Position numbers and translations under genes: made by a program
From: Candidatus Latescibacterota bacterium
Lineage (GTDB): Bacteria; Latescibacterota; UBA2968
Direction of reading: 5' to 3'
NCBI GenBank assembly: GCA_965222605.1
Contig: OZ244960.1
Span: forward strand, 6,112,001-6,176,000
Length of the DNA stretch: 64,000 nucleotides
The notes under the pieces: model-generated
What the model saw: only the letters and a program-made list of their open reading frames with translations
What the model was told of the DNA's origin: nothing
Databases searched by the model: none
Shown here: positions 27,846-36,891 of the stretch, one piece after another
Layout: each line of letters begins with the position of its first letter
How positions within the stretch are numbered: position 1 is the first letter of the stretch

Positions 27846-29018
27846 ATGATGAGAAAACGATTTTTACTGATTTTTGTGTTCGCGGCATTTCTCACGGGTT
27901 GCAATACCGAAAAGCGCAACCCGTTGGGCGAGGGCTTTGTTGTTGGGCGCGATCCCGGCGATACAGTAGCATTGCCCGCTGTTCCGCTAAAGTCGGCGCG
28001 ATCCTTTCATTCTCTGGTTTTTCCCACTGTGATGGGGGAACGAGAGGAATTGTTAGTCGGGCAGATGAATGGGTTTTTGTTGCGCAGTCTGTTGCGTTTC
28101 AATGTGCCGGATGAGTTGTCTGGCGGTGTGCCGCTGGTACTCGATTCCCTGCGCGTCAATCTGGGTATTCGATCGGCGCGGTTGGTCGAAAATGCGTCGC
28201 TGATTGCGTTGCGACCCGATTCGCCGTGGGAAGAACTTCAGACCTATGTCGATACGCTCTCGCTGGTCGAGACCGAGGTCCTTGCAACGCCAATTCCCGA
28301 TGCTGTGGCGCAGGTGTTTGAAGATCGCGTACGGATTGATTTACCTGCGTCGCTCTTGAAAGATGCGATAGATGCGGGTTCTCCGTCTTTAGATATCCTG
28401 TTGCAACCCGATGGGGAGGCACCTTTTTTATTGGATATTTTTGCACGCGAAGCGAATGCTATCCGTCCCGATGCGCCGATTCCCGAATTGGAAGCGGTAT
28501 ATCGGGTGGGGGATGTGATAGAGCGTGCGGCTGTTCAAGCCGATGCAGATACCTATTGGAGTGCACGGGTCAATGGCGGTCCACCAGAAGATCTAATCAT
28601 TCTTTCCGAGGGTTTGTTTTACGGCAGTGTCTTGAATTTTGATCTGCCCAATATTCCGCAAGGCGCGACGATCAATTTGGCTAAATTGCAATTGGATATC
28701 GATCTTGATCATTCCTATTTTTCGTCTTTTCCCTTTGAAGTATATCGCCTGACAATTGCAGAAGGCGATACCTCGTTTACGCGGTATAATGAGCCGTTGC
28801 TCATCGAACCGACAACGGCGACTTATACAATTAATCATACTTTGATTCAGTCATGGATATCTGGTGCGCGATTAAATCATGGGTTGGCGCTTTCGCCCCT
28901 CAATTTTACTTCTACAACGGGTTTGCCCGCGCTCTTAAATTCGCCCCCGCTCATCCAATGGATTGTGTTGAAAGATGTGCGTTTAAACCTCATTTACTCT
29001 TTTCCTCCGGAATTGTAA
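27846..29018 (+). CDS. Uncharacterised lipoprotein (DUF4270-like)
   Basis: Lipobox LTGC followed by NPLG; LLVG...SLLRF; TINLAKLQL; C-terminal LNLIYS. Confidence 0.5.
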   Translation: MMRKRFLLIFVFAAFLTGCNTEKRNPLGEGFVVGRDPGDTVALPAVPLKSARSFHSLVFPTVMGEREELLVGQMNGFLLRSLLRFNVPDELSGGVPLVLDSLRVNLGIRSARLVENASLIALRPDSPWEELQTYVDTLSLVETEVLATPIPDAVAQVFEDRVRIDLPASLLKDAIDAGSPSLDILLQPDGEAPFLLDIFAREANAIRPDAPIPELEAVYRVGDVIERAAVQADADTYWSARVNGGPPEDLIILSEGLFYGSVLNFDLPNIPQGATINLAKLQLDIDLDHSYFSSFPFEVYRLTIAEGDTSFTRYNEPLLIEPTTATYTINHTLIQSWISGARLNHGLALSPLNFTSTTGLPALLNSPPLIQWIVLKDVRLNLIYSFPPEL

Positions 29019-29019
29019 T

Positions 29020-30183
29020 ATGATGCGAATAATTTTCGTTTTGGGTTTTATTTGTACACTGGTGCTGCCAGCTTGCGCCAATACAATTTTTTCTTTTTAC
29101 GGTGTTGGCGATCCAGTCAGGCGCGTTGATGCACGGTCTCGAAGTATGGGTGGTGCTGGGCGGTCGCTGGCCGATGGTCTCAATTTTTCTTCCCACAATC
29201 CCGCATTGTTGGGCGCTTTCCGCAGGATGTCTGTGAGTGTGCAATTTGTGGCTCAACACCGATTTCTGAATGGCGGAAACATCGTGAATGACGGGGATGT
29301 CGGGGCTTTTCAAATCGCGCTCCCCCTGGGGCGAAGTCTTATTGTGGGTGCGGGACTTGAACCGCTTACCGATATGGATTTTGGAGCGATAGAAGACCGC
29401 GGCACGGGCGATTTGAAGTATCAACTGGAAGTGGAAGCGACCGGGGGGATCCAGGCTATTTCTCTGGGGCTGGGACATCGGATCGGGCGCAGGCTCTTTG
29501 TGGGAGGGCGTATAAATTGGGTAGCTATGGGAACGCTTAACGAGTCCTGGATCAAAAATTTCGACAATGAGACGATCTTCTTTTCTCATGACGAAATCAC
29601 GCGTACCCACCGCGGATGGTTGCCATCATTCGGGATTGTCTATACCCCCACTTCGCGGTGGAGTCTGGGTGCCAATGTCGATATCGGAGGCAGTATCAGG
29701 CAGCGCCAGATTCAAAGAAATCGTTTTGTGGAACAGCGCGAAGCCATTGAAGTGATGACGGAAAGCGATGTGGAGTTTCCCCGGGAATTTGGGATGGGGA
29801 TAACGTATCTGGCGGGTTATCGCTGGCTGGCGTCTGTCGATGTTTCTCGGGGGCTGTGGCACGCGACGGGGGATGGGCGGTTTGATACCTGGGATGTGAG
29901 TGCTGGAATGTTGTGGCGCACGGGAAATCCCGATGTGCTGGTGCGGAGCCGACGCTTTGAACTCAGCGCGGGTTTTCATTATCGATCGCTTTATTTTCCG
30001 ACGGCTTCTAATAGTCAGATTGACGAATTGGGTGCCAGCTTTGGCATGGCGTTGCCATTTGTGAATAATAGCGGTCGTTTTCGCTATGTGCTCGAGGTGG
30101 GAAGGCGTGGCGACCATTCAAGACACGGCGCGTCAGAGCGGTTTATTCAGCACTCTTTTTCCGTAGTCGGTTTTGTAAGGTAG
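29020..30183 (+). CDS. Outer-membrane beta-barrel protein (FadL/OmpP1-like)
   Basis: Signal peptide; SFYGVGD...RSRSMGG...NPALL; amphipathic beta strands. Confidence 0.7.
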   Translation: MMRIIFVLGFICTLVLPACANTIFSFYGVGDPVRRVDARSRSMGGAGRSLADGLNFSSHNPALLGAFRRMSVSVQFVAQHRFLNGGNIVNDGDVGAFQIALPLGRSLIVGAGLEPLTDMDFGAIEDRGTGDLKYQLEVEATGGIQAISLGLGHRIGRRLFVGGRINWVAMGTLNESWIKNFDNETIFFSHDEITRTHRGWLPSFGIVYTPTSRWSLGANVDIGGSIRQRQIQRNRFVEQREAIEVMTESDVEFPREFGMGITYLAGYRWLASVDVSRGLWHATGDGRFDTWDVSAGMLWRTGNPDVLVRSRRFELSAGFHYRSLYFPTASNSQIDELGASFGMALPFVNNSGRFRYVLEVGRRGDHSRHGASERFIQHSFSVVGFVR

Positions 30184-30199
30184 TTTACAGCAGGACAAT

Positions 30200-31375
30200 T
30201 CAAACGGCCTGTGTTCGGCGCGCGAGCGCTCGAATGCGGCCGTTTTTGATTTTTTGGACAATTTGATCGGCTAAAAGGTGCAGAATGGGCAGACAAATCC
30301 CCGTGCAAACAAAGTACAGGGGAGCTGTCTCGGGTGCAATAGATTCAAAGCAGACAATTGCAAGGAGGCCCTGTGGCAAGAGCGGGAGCCAGGTTTGAAC
30401 GGGTTGTAATGTGAAGCGACTGGATAGCAGGCCACCTGCAATTTTGCCCAAAATCAAGGCTGCGATCAGGGGGAAAAAATGAGGAGGCACGGGGGATATT
30501 TGCCAGTCTAAAACAAGGCCACTAACATAGTGTGCGAGAGCAAAAGCAATAAGTGCTTCGGCTTTTGGCGGGCGCATATTGGGTCTCAGTCCGCGTTTGG
30601 TACGCAAGGACAATGCAAGGCCCACTGTCCAGGCCAAAATAAGAGGCTGAATCCAAACGTGCCACGAAGCAAGTACGAGCAGGAATGATAGGGCAAACCA
30701 ACTCGTAAATTGACCTGTGGGGGTGTGGATATGTCGCAGCCAGCGATGCACAAGTTCAATGCCAATAACTCCGATCAAGACAGCCAGCGCGATATCGGCG
30801 GCGAGATCCAGGAAGGGACCAAACCCATCTTTCTGTATAAATTGGACGCCGAAGATGAGCAAAAAGAGCAAACAGAGGCCGATCGCCGTAACGTACAAAG
30901 AAAAAGGCCATGTGTCGCGCAGGTTGTGTTCTGTGCGGTCTAAAAATATGGGGGACGAGATGCCCGATAGGATGGCGAGTTGCAAGGTGGTGACCAGGTG
31001 AAGGTCGAAGAAGATGAGCATGGAAAAGGTGGTGAGAACGGGTACTGTATATAGGTAAAGACTGCCCTTAAGCAACCGCTGATTTGCCAGGATAGGGCGG
31101 GAGAGCGATGTGCCCAAATAAAGGCCGATCCAGGCCATTGCGATATCTGCAAAGGGTTTTATACTCTGGTGGTTTTCAGCGGTTGTAATAGGTGCGAAGC
31201 CGATGGCGAGACCCGCAGCAATCATGCCCAGGACATCGGGCAATTTAGCGCGATTAGCCAGTCGCGCACCCACGATAGAGGCCGTCATGAGAAAGCCGAC
31301 CCAGATCATTTCGGGAGGTGATTGGAGCTTCCAGATCAGGATACCGATACCAAGTGTAATGCACAGAAGGCGCAT
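30200..31375 (-). CDS. Cation:proton antiporter-like membrane protein (divergent)
   Basis: KLPDVLGMIAAGLAIG, WIGLYLG and LLPQG; many TM segments. Confidence 0.6.
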   Translation of the reverse strand: MRLLCITLGIGILIWKLQSPPEMIWVGFLMTASIVGARLANRAKLPDVLGMIAAGLAIGFAPITTAENHQSIKPFADIAMAWIGLYLGTSLSRPILANQRLLKGSLYLYTVPVLTTFSMLIFFDLHLVTTLQLAILSGISSPIFLDRTEHNLRDTWPFSLYVTAIGLCLLFLLIFGVQFIQKDGFGPFLDLAADIALAVLIGVIGIELVHRWLRHIHTPTGQFTSWFALSFLLVLASWHVWIQPLILAWTVGLALSLRTKRGLRPNMRPPKAEALIAFALAHYVSGLVLDWQISPVPPHFFPLIAALILGKIAGGLLSSRFTLQPVQTWLPLLPQGLLAIVCFESIAPETAPLYFVCTGICLPILHLLADQIVQKIKNGRIRALARRTQAV

Positions 31376-31385
31376 GGAAATCGTC

Positions 31386-32603
31386 TCAGGTGTGAGATTG
31401 CGGCGAATTTGCGGGTGGAATAATTACTATTTGGCTCAAAAAAACAGCGATCACGAGGCCTGTGATAAGCGTATAGTGCTGAAAGTCGAGGAGATAAATG
31501 GCCTGTACGCCAACAGCGATACTCAGAGTGCCCTGAGGATGCCAACTCATGGCGAGTAATTCTCGCCAGGTCTGCGGTATTTGCCAGAGGGTTTGGGAGA
31601 CCGTGAAACCGATTGTGCGGCCCATTCCGCGCACGAGTATCATTGTGAGGGCAAGTGGAAAAAGAGGGGACCAAATAAAAAATATATCGCCTCCAAATTC
31701 TCCTATGATTGTACCGATCAATGCGAAAAAGATCGGTTCAATCACGCCATTTGCGCGTGTTGTAAATTCGACGACCTCGCGTTTTGCCACGGTTGTGTTA
31801 ATCAGCCAGATACCCGATAGAAATCCTACAGCAAGAGATGGCAAGCCCGGTGCCTGGCACAAGCCAGAAAGGGCGATCACAATGCCGAGGACGAGGCTTA
31901 GTGCGCGAGCACCCGTGCGGTGACTGCGAAAAGAAAAATCGAGCGCGATACCTCCGGCTACGCCTGCGCCGAGCATGAGCAGTGCAATACCAGTTGCGCC
32001 TATAAATGGCAAGTTTCCCAAATAAAAGATGGGGTTTTCTGCAAGTGGAGGAAAAGCGATGCACAACACGGCCATGGCTGCGATATTGCCAAGTGGCAGA
32101 TTTTGACCTGGAAATGGAGCTGAGATAGGGCGGTTAGGCCACTGAAAAAAAGGTGTGGGAAAGCGTACAGTAAGTGCAAAACTGGTGAGCAGGACGATGG
32201 CGAGGGGTAAATTTTGGAGCAAACCGAGGTAGCGATAGAGTATCAAACCACTGGCGAAGGCCGCAAGAACAGTGAATCCACCCGTGGCGAGTACAACGGC
32301 TGTTTGTGAATAAATCACCGAGATGCCGTGGTCTCGCAGATTCTGAAGGTCTGTTGACAGACCTGTTTGCAGGCCAATCCACAGCAAGATAGCGCCGATG
32401 CAATTGTACCGCAGCATTTCAAATAGGTGAAACACCTCATCGGTTTCGGGAAAAAAAATCCCTATGAGAACACCGAGGAACAGATAATGTGCTTTGCCTA
32501 TTCGCAGACTATCTATCAGCGGGTATGGCGGCATCCACCGGAAAATTTTTTGGCCGAGAAAAAAAGCACCAAAACCGGCAATTAAGCTAAAAATGAAGGC
32601 CAT
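31386..32603 (-). CDS. Cation:proton antiporter-like membrane protein
   Basis: LWIGLQTGL, EPIFFALIG and PQGTLSIAV; many TM segments. Confidence 0.6.
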   Translation of the reverse strand: MAFIFSLIAGFGAFFLGQKIFRWMPPYPLIDSLRIGKAHYLFLGVLIGIFFPETDEVFHLFEMLRYNCIGAILLWIGLQTGLSTDLQNLRDHGISVIYSQTAVVLATGGFTVLAAFASGLILYRYLGLLQNLPLAIVLLTSFALTVRFPTPFFQWPNRPISAPFPGQNLPLGNIAAMAVLCIAFPPLAENPIFYLGNLPFIGATGIALLMLGAGVAGGIALDFSFRSHRTGARALSLVLGIVIALSGLCQAPGLPSLAVGFLSGIWLINTTVAKREVVEFTTRANGVIEPIFFALIGTIIGEFGGDIFFIWSPLFPLALTMILVRGMGRTIGFTVSQTLWQIPQTWRELLAMSWHPQGTLSIAVGVQAIYLLDFQHYTLITGLVIAVFLSQIVIIPPANSPQSHT

Positions 32604-32702
32604 AAAATGCCTGTACTTTGGGGATGACTGGTGTCGTCTTTACCGCGGTGGATTATACTTTTTTCTAAAGTTCGGGTCAAGGACGAAGTTGACGACCCAC
32701 GC

Positions 32703-32731
32703 TTGACAGCCAATTAAATATAGTGTATAGT
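32703..32731 (+). promoter_or_regulatory. Near-consensus sigma70 promoter
   Basis: TTGACA-17 bp-TATAGT, about 140 nt upstream of the next ATG. Confidence 0.8.
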
Positions 32732-32747
32732 CAAGATTGAGCTGTAA

Positions 32748-32858
32748 CAGGTGGAATGTGAGAGAGCCTGCCTTAAGGGTCAATCCGCCCTTCTGCCCAT
32801 AGTTTTGCTAATCTTGTGCTGCGCGTGGGGGCGGATGACCGGGTATTGATAGCACAAG
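32748..32858 (+). ncRNA. Candidate structured 5' leader (H-type pseudoknot), family unassigned
   Basis: 32778-32792 pairs with 32827-32840; CTTGTGCT (32813-20) pairs with AGCACAAG (32851-58) next to the RBS. Confidence 0.45.
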
Positions 32859-32871
32859 TTCTGGAGACCCC

Positions 32872-33318
32872 ATGCCGGATTCATTACCTCAGGTGTTGAT
32901 GCACAGTGCCCCAAGTTTATATGAGCATCTCGACGCATTTGCCCAAGTTGTTGAGTCGGCTATTCGTATAGCCGGTGCTTCAGAAGATGAGCAAGTTGAC
33001 CTGATGGTTGCAGTCATGGAAGCACTCAATAATGCGATCGACCATGGCAATGGTGAAGATGCTTCTAAGAAAGTGCATCTCAAGATCGATATCCACCCCG
33101 CTTTCATCACGGTTTGGGTGCAAGACGAGGGGCGAGGTTTTGATCCCAGTGCAGCACCTGACCCGCGTGTGCCAGAAAATCTGATGAATAATTCTGGGCG
33201 CGGGCTTTTGATGATGCGTGCGTTTATGGATGAGGTGGATTTTATGCCATCTCAAAAGGGCACGCTGGTTAAGATGATCAAGTATTTTTCTTCTAAATCG
33301 TCACCATCTCACTGTTGA
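32872..33318 (+). CDS. RsbW-like anti-sigma factor / Ser kinase (HATPase_c_2)
   Basis: EALNNAIDHGN, VQDEGRGFD and GRGLLMMRAFMDEV. Confidence 0.88.
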   Translation: MPDSLPQVLMHSAPSLYEHLDAFAQVVESAIRIAGASEDEQVDLMVAVMEALNNAIDHGNGEDASKKVHLKIDIHPAFITVWVQDEGRGFDPSAAPDPRVPENLMNNSGRGLLMMRAFMDEVDFMPSQKGTLVKMIKYFSSKSSPSHC

Positions 33319-33329
33319 GGAGGATGCCC

Positions 33330-33644
33330 ATGCAAATTGTCATCTCTGGACATCACTACCATGTCTCGGACAGCACGCGCACCCATATAAAAGCTGCTGT
33401 CTCCCGGTTTGAGCGATTTTACACGCCAGTGCTGGGTTGTCATGTCACCATTAAAAAAGAGGATCCCGCATTTCGCGTTGATATTATTGTCAATGTGCAT
33501 GGACAAACCCTCAAAGCTTCCAACACTGGCAGTAAGCTCTTTCCCGTTATTGATGGTTCGGCAAAGAAGATGATTCGACAATTAAAGAAACTCCGCGACC
33601 GGCGTAGAAAACCGCGCGTTATTTCTGGTCTAAGTGAGGTATAA
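33330..33644 (+). CDS. hpf: Ribosome hibernation factor (short HPF/RaiA)
   Basis: MQIVISGHHYHVSDS...RQLKKLRDR; next to hprK; sequence divergent. Confidence 0.8.
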   Translation: MQIVISGHHYHVSDSTRTHIKAAVSRFERFYTPVLGCHVTIKKEDPAFRVDIIVNVHGQTLKASNTGSKLFPVIDGSAKKMIRQLKKLRDRRRKPRVISGLSEV

Positions 33645-33647
33645 GCC

Positions 33648-34616
33648 GTGCCTCAGATTTCTATTGGCAAGATGTTAGAGGATTATGGCGACCAACTCTC
33701 GCTCTCGTCCGTTGCTGGACAGGGGGGGATTGGCAACACCCTATCTACCAGCGATGTCCATCGACCCGGTCTCGCACTTGCGGGTTTCCTCGGTCTTTTT
33801 ACTTTTGACCGCGTTCAAGTTATGGGCAATACGGAGATGCTCTATCTGTCGAGCCTTGATCCCGATGTTTGTCGCCAAGCCCTTAAAACCATTTTTCAGT
33901 TTGACATTCCCTGTGTGGTTATCACAGATGGCAATGAAGTACTGCCCATGATGGTCGAATTGTCCAATGCGCGGCAAATTCCCCTGCTAACCACGCCGTT
34001 TGCAACCACCAAGTTCGCCCACCTTTTTTCTTATTATCTCGACGATGTGTTTGCACCGCGCACGGCCATTCACGGTTCGCTGGTCGATGTGTATGGCATT
34101 GGGCTGTTATTTGTCGGCGCGAGTGGGATTGGGAAAAGTGAAATTGCCGTTGATCTCGTTGAACGCGGGCATCGATTGGTCGCGGATGACGTCGTGCTCG
34201 TGTCGCGCAAGGTACAGGGCATGATTGTGGGCAGCAGTGGGGAAACACTGCGCGATCATATAGAAATACGCGGTCTTGGCATTTTGAATGTTCGCAATAT
34301 GTTTGGCGTGCGTGCCGTTCGAATGCAGAAGCGCGTCGAGGTTGTTGTCAAGCTCATTAAATGGGATGAGACCTCAGCGTATGATCGCATTGGACTCGAT
34401 GAGGATTGGGTCTCGATTCTCGACCTCGAGGTGCCACAGGTTACAGTACCGATCTATCCTGGGAAAAATATTACGGTGATTGCAGAGACGATAGCCCTGA
34501 ACTATCAACTCAAAATACAGGGCTATCACACGGCACAAGAATTCAATCGCCGCCTGGTTGAGCTCATGAAAAACAAAATCCGGGACGATATGTCTATCCG
34601 GGCAGATATCGAGTAA
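33648..34616 (+). CDS. hprK: HPr kinase/phosphorylase
   Basis: HRPGLALAGF, HGSLVDVYGIG, GASGIGKSE, GHRLVADD and EIRGLGI. Confidence 0.96.
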   Translation: MPQISIGKMLEDYGDQLSLSSVAGQGGIGNTLSTSDVHRPGLALAGFLGLFTFDRVQVMGNTEMLYLSSLDPDVCRQALKTIFQFDIPCVVITDGNEVLPMMVELSNARQIPLLTTPFATTKFAHLFSYYLDDVFAPRTAIHGSLVDVYGIGLLFVGASGIGKSEIAVDLVERGHRLVADDVVLVSRKVQGMIVGSSGETLRDHIEIRGLGILNVRNMFGVRAVRMQKRVEVVVKLIKWDETSAYDRIGLDEDWVSILDLEVPQVTVPIYPGKNITVIAETIALNYQLKIQGYHTAQEFNRRLVELMKNKIRDDMSIRADIE

Positions 34617-34630
34617 CTATGGAGGCATAA

Positions 34631-35557
34631 ATGAAATTTAAATGCGTTGTCTTATTGTTGTTTGGACTTATTGGGTGTGGGGGACAGAGTACTTTGGAAA
34701 ACGATGCCCAGCGCATGCTGGCTTCTGTATGGGATTTGGAAGAAGAATTGGCCGATTTACCGCAGGCGATTGCGCGGTATGGAGAAATCTCAGCGCAATT
34801 TCCACATACTGAGGCAGAAAAAACCGCGCGTGCGCGACGGGCAATGCTCGAGCGGGTACAAACGCGCCTGGCAGAACGAGAAGCTGTTCCGGAAGATAGT
34901 ATAGAGGCATTTTACGAGGCTGTGGTCGAGATCGCGCCCGATTATTTTGCCACGTTGAAGAAGCTCGGCACAAATTACAGCAATCAGATACACTTTTCCA
35001 CTCGTTTTGCCGCCAATACAGGAGCAGTGCAAATAAAAGAACAGGTCATAAGAATATGGGAAAAGCAGGATCGCATGTGGTCGCGCTACACCTTTCGCCC
35101 CATTCCATCAAATCGTTTCTGGCAGGACCAGTTGTGCAAGGACGCGCTAAATATTACAGAGATGTTAATTGACAAGTCATTTCGGGAGTACAATCACGCG
35201 CTGAGTATCATCAATAAGGGATTGGATTATGCTTCGGGCGAAGATGTGATTTCACGGGCCAAAGTCTATGCCGCCTATTGCACGTTTTGGCAGGGCAAAG
35301 CAGAGGACTTCCATCAGGGCGTCGCACTGGCAAAAGAAGCTCTGAGCTATGAATTTTTGTCGGATAATAACCGCGCGCGCGCCTATCATGTTATTGGTCT
35401 GTGTTATGCGTATATCTATCAGGATTCAGAGGACATGGCGCACCTTGATGAGGCGATAAAAGCACTCAATGAAGCCGTGAATATCGATGGGAATATGGGC
35501 GACGCCAAGGAATTGCTCAAAGCGTTGCGACAACAGCGAGGAAGGGTAGCTTCTTAG
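34631..35557 (+). CDS. TPR-like helical lipoprotein
   Basis: Lipobox LIGC; AYHVIGLCYAY...AIKALNEAVNID TPR-like repeat. Confidence 0.6.
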   Translation: MKFKCVVLLLFGLIGCGGQSTLENDAQRMLASVWDLEEELADLPQAIARYGEISAQFPHTEAEKTARARRAMLERVQTRLAEREAVPEDSIEAFYEAVVEIAPDYFATLKKLGTNYSNQIHFSTRFAANTGAVQIKEQVIRIWEKQDRMWSRYTFRPIPSNRFWQDQLCKDALNITEMLIDKSFREYNHALSIINKGLDYASGEDVISRAKVYAAYCTFWQGKAEDFHQGVALAKEALSYEFLSDNNRARAYHVIGLCYAYIYQDSEDMAHLDEAIKALNEAVNIDGNMGDAKELLKALRQQRGRVAS

Positions 35558-35560
35558 AAT

Positions 35561-36868
35561 ATGAAAAAAGTTGTTTGTAAATTTGGTGGTTCGTCAGTCG
35601 CCGATGCCGCGCAGGTCGAGAAGGTAGTGTCTATTGTGCGAAGTGATGAACGCCGTTGTTTTGTCGTGCCTTCTGCGCCGGGTAAGCGGTCGGATGACGA
35701 TACAAAAATTACCGATTTGCTCTATTTGTGCCACGAACTCGCGCGGCAAAATATCGATTTCTCAGAGCCTTTTAACAAAATTAGTACGCGTTTTTTAGAT
35801 CTCTCAAAGGCTCTTGCTGTGTCTATTGATATGGGTGGATTGCTTGCTGAAGTCGAGAGCAGGATTGCAGGGGGCGCGGGGCGAGATTATGTGGCGTCTC
35901 GCGGCGAGTATTTGTGTGCGCGCATTTTAGCTGATGTTTTGGACGCCGCGTTTGTCGATCCCGCCGAAGCGATTCTCTTTCGGGCTGATGGGCGTCTCGA
36001 CAGCGATTCATATCGGCGATTGCGGGCGTGTCTTTCAGATGAGCGGCTCTATGTTATTCCGGGATTTTACGGTGCAGATGCAGAGGGTGAGATCGTGACA
36101 TTTTCTCGCGGTGGTTCGGATATTACCGGCGCGATTGTCGCCCGCGCGGTGGGGGCAGAAGTTTACGAAAATTGGACGGATGTATCCGGGTTGCTCATGG
36201 CCGATCCTCGCCTGGTGCCCGATCCATTGCCTGTAGAGGAAATTACGTACCGAGAGATGCGCGAGTTGGCCTATATGGGGGCCGGTGTTTTTCACGACGA
36301 GGCGATGTTTCCCGTGCGTGCGGCTGAAATTCCCATTCACATACGCAATACCAATCGGCCAGAGGATGAGGGCACGCTGATTTTGCCGAGCCGGGGGCTA
36401 ACAGAGCGCATGATCATCGGGGTTGCGGGACGGCCCAATTTTAGCATGCTATTTATTGAAAAAGCCCTGATGAATCAGACGATGGGATTTGGGCAGCGGG
36501 TCTTAGAGGTGGTTGCGCGACACGGGATTAGTTATGATCACACGCCGTCTGGTATCGATACAATGTCGGTGATCATACAGGATGAGCAATTGGACGACAA
36601 GGGCGAACTTCTCGTTGAAGATATTCAACGCATTATCGAGCCTGATCGCGTCGAACTGATCCACGGACTCGCGCTGATTGCGACGGTTGGCGAGGGAATG
36701 TCGCACAGGGTTGGTATTGCTGCGCGCCTGTTTACTGCGCTGGCAGATGCAGGTGTGAATGTACGGGTGATCGATCAGGGGGCTTCGGAGATCAATATTA
36801 TTGTGGGCGTCGAAGAAGCCGATCTCGAGACAGCGCTGGTCGCTATTTATCGAGCTTTTGTTAATTAG
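35561..36868 (+). CDS. lysC: Aspartate kinase
   Basis: KFGGSSVAD, VPSAPGK, TFSRGGSDITG and WTDVSG; two ACT domains. Confidence 0.92.
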   Translation: MKKVVCKFGGSSVADAAQVEKVVSIVRSDERRCFVVPSAPGKRSDDDTKITDLLYLCHELARQNIDFSEPFNKISTRFLDLSKALAVSIDMGGLLAEVESRIAGGAGRDYVASRGEYLCARILADVLDAAFVDPAEAILFRADGRLDSDSYRRLRACLSDERLYVIPGFYGADAEGEIVTFSRGGSDITGAIVARAVGAEVYENWTDVSGLLMADPRLVPDPLPVEEITYREMRELAYMGAGVFHDEAMFPVRAAEIPIHIRNTNRPEDEGTLILPSRGLTERMIIGVAGRPNFSMLFIEKALMNQTMGFGQRVLEVVARHGISYDHTPSGIDTMSVIIQDEQLDDKGELLVEDIQRIIEPDRVELIHGLALIATVGEGMSHRVGIAARLFTALADAGVNVRVIDQGASEINIIVGVEEADLETALVAIYRAFVN

Positions 36869-36891
36869 GGAGAGAAACTGGGGAGGGATTT

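Noticed and set aside
32748-32860. Cobalamin, ZTP or c-di-GMP riboswitch, or HDV-like ribozyme
   Set aside because: Only fragments match (AGAGCCUGCC, AACAGGUGG). The core consensus elements are missing, and there is no room for an HDV P3/L3 and no catalytic C in the equivalent junction.
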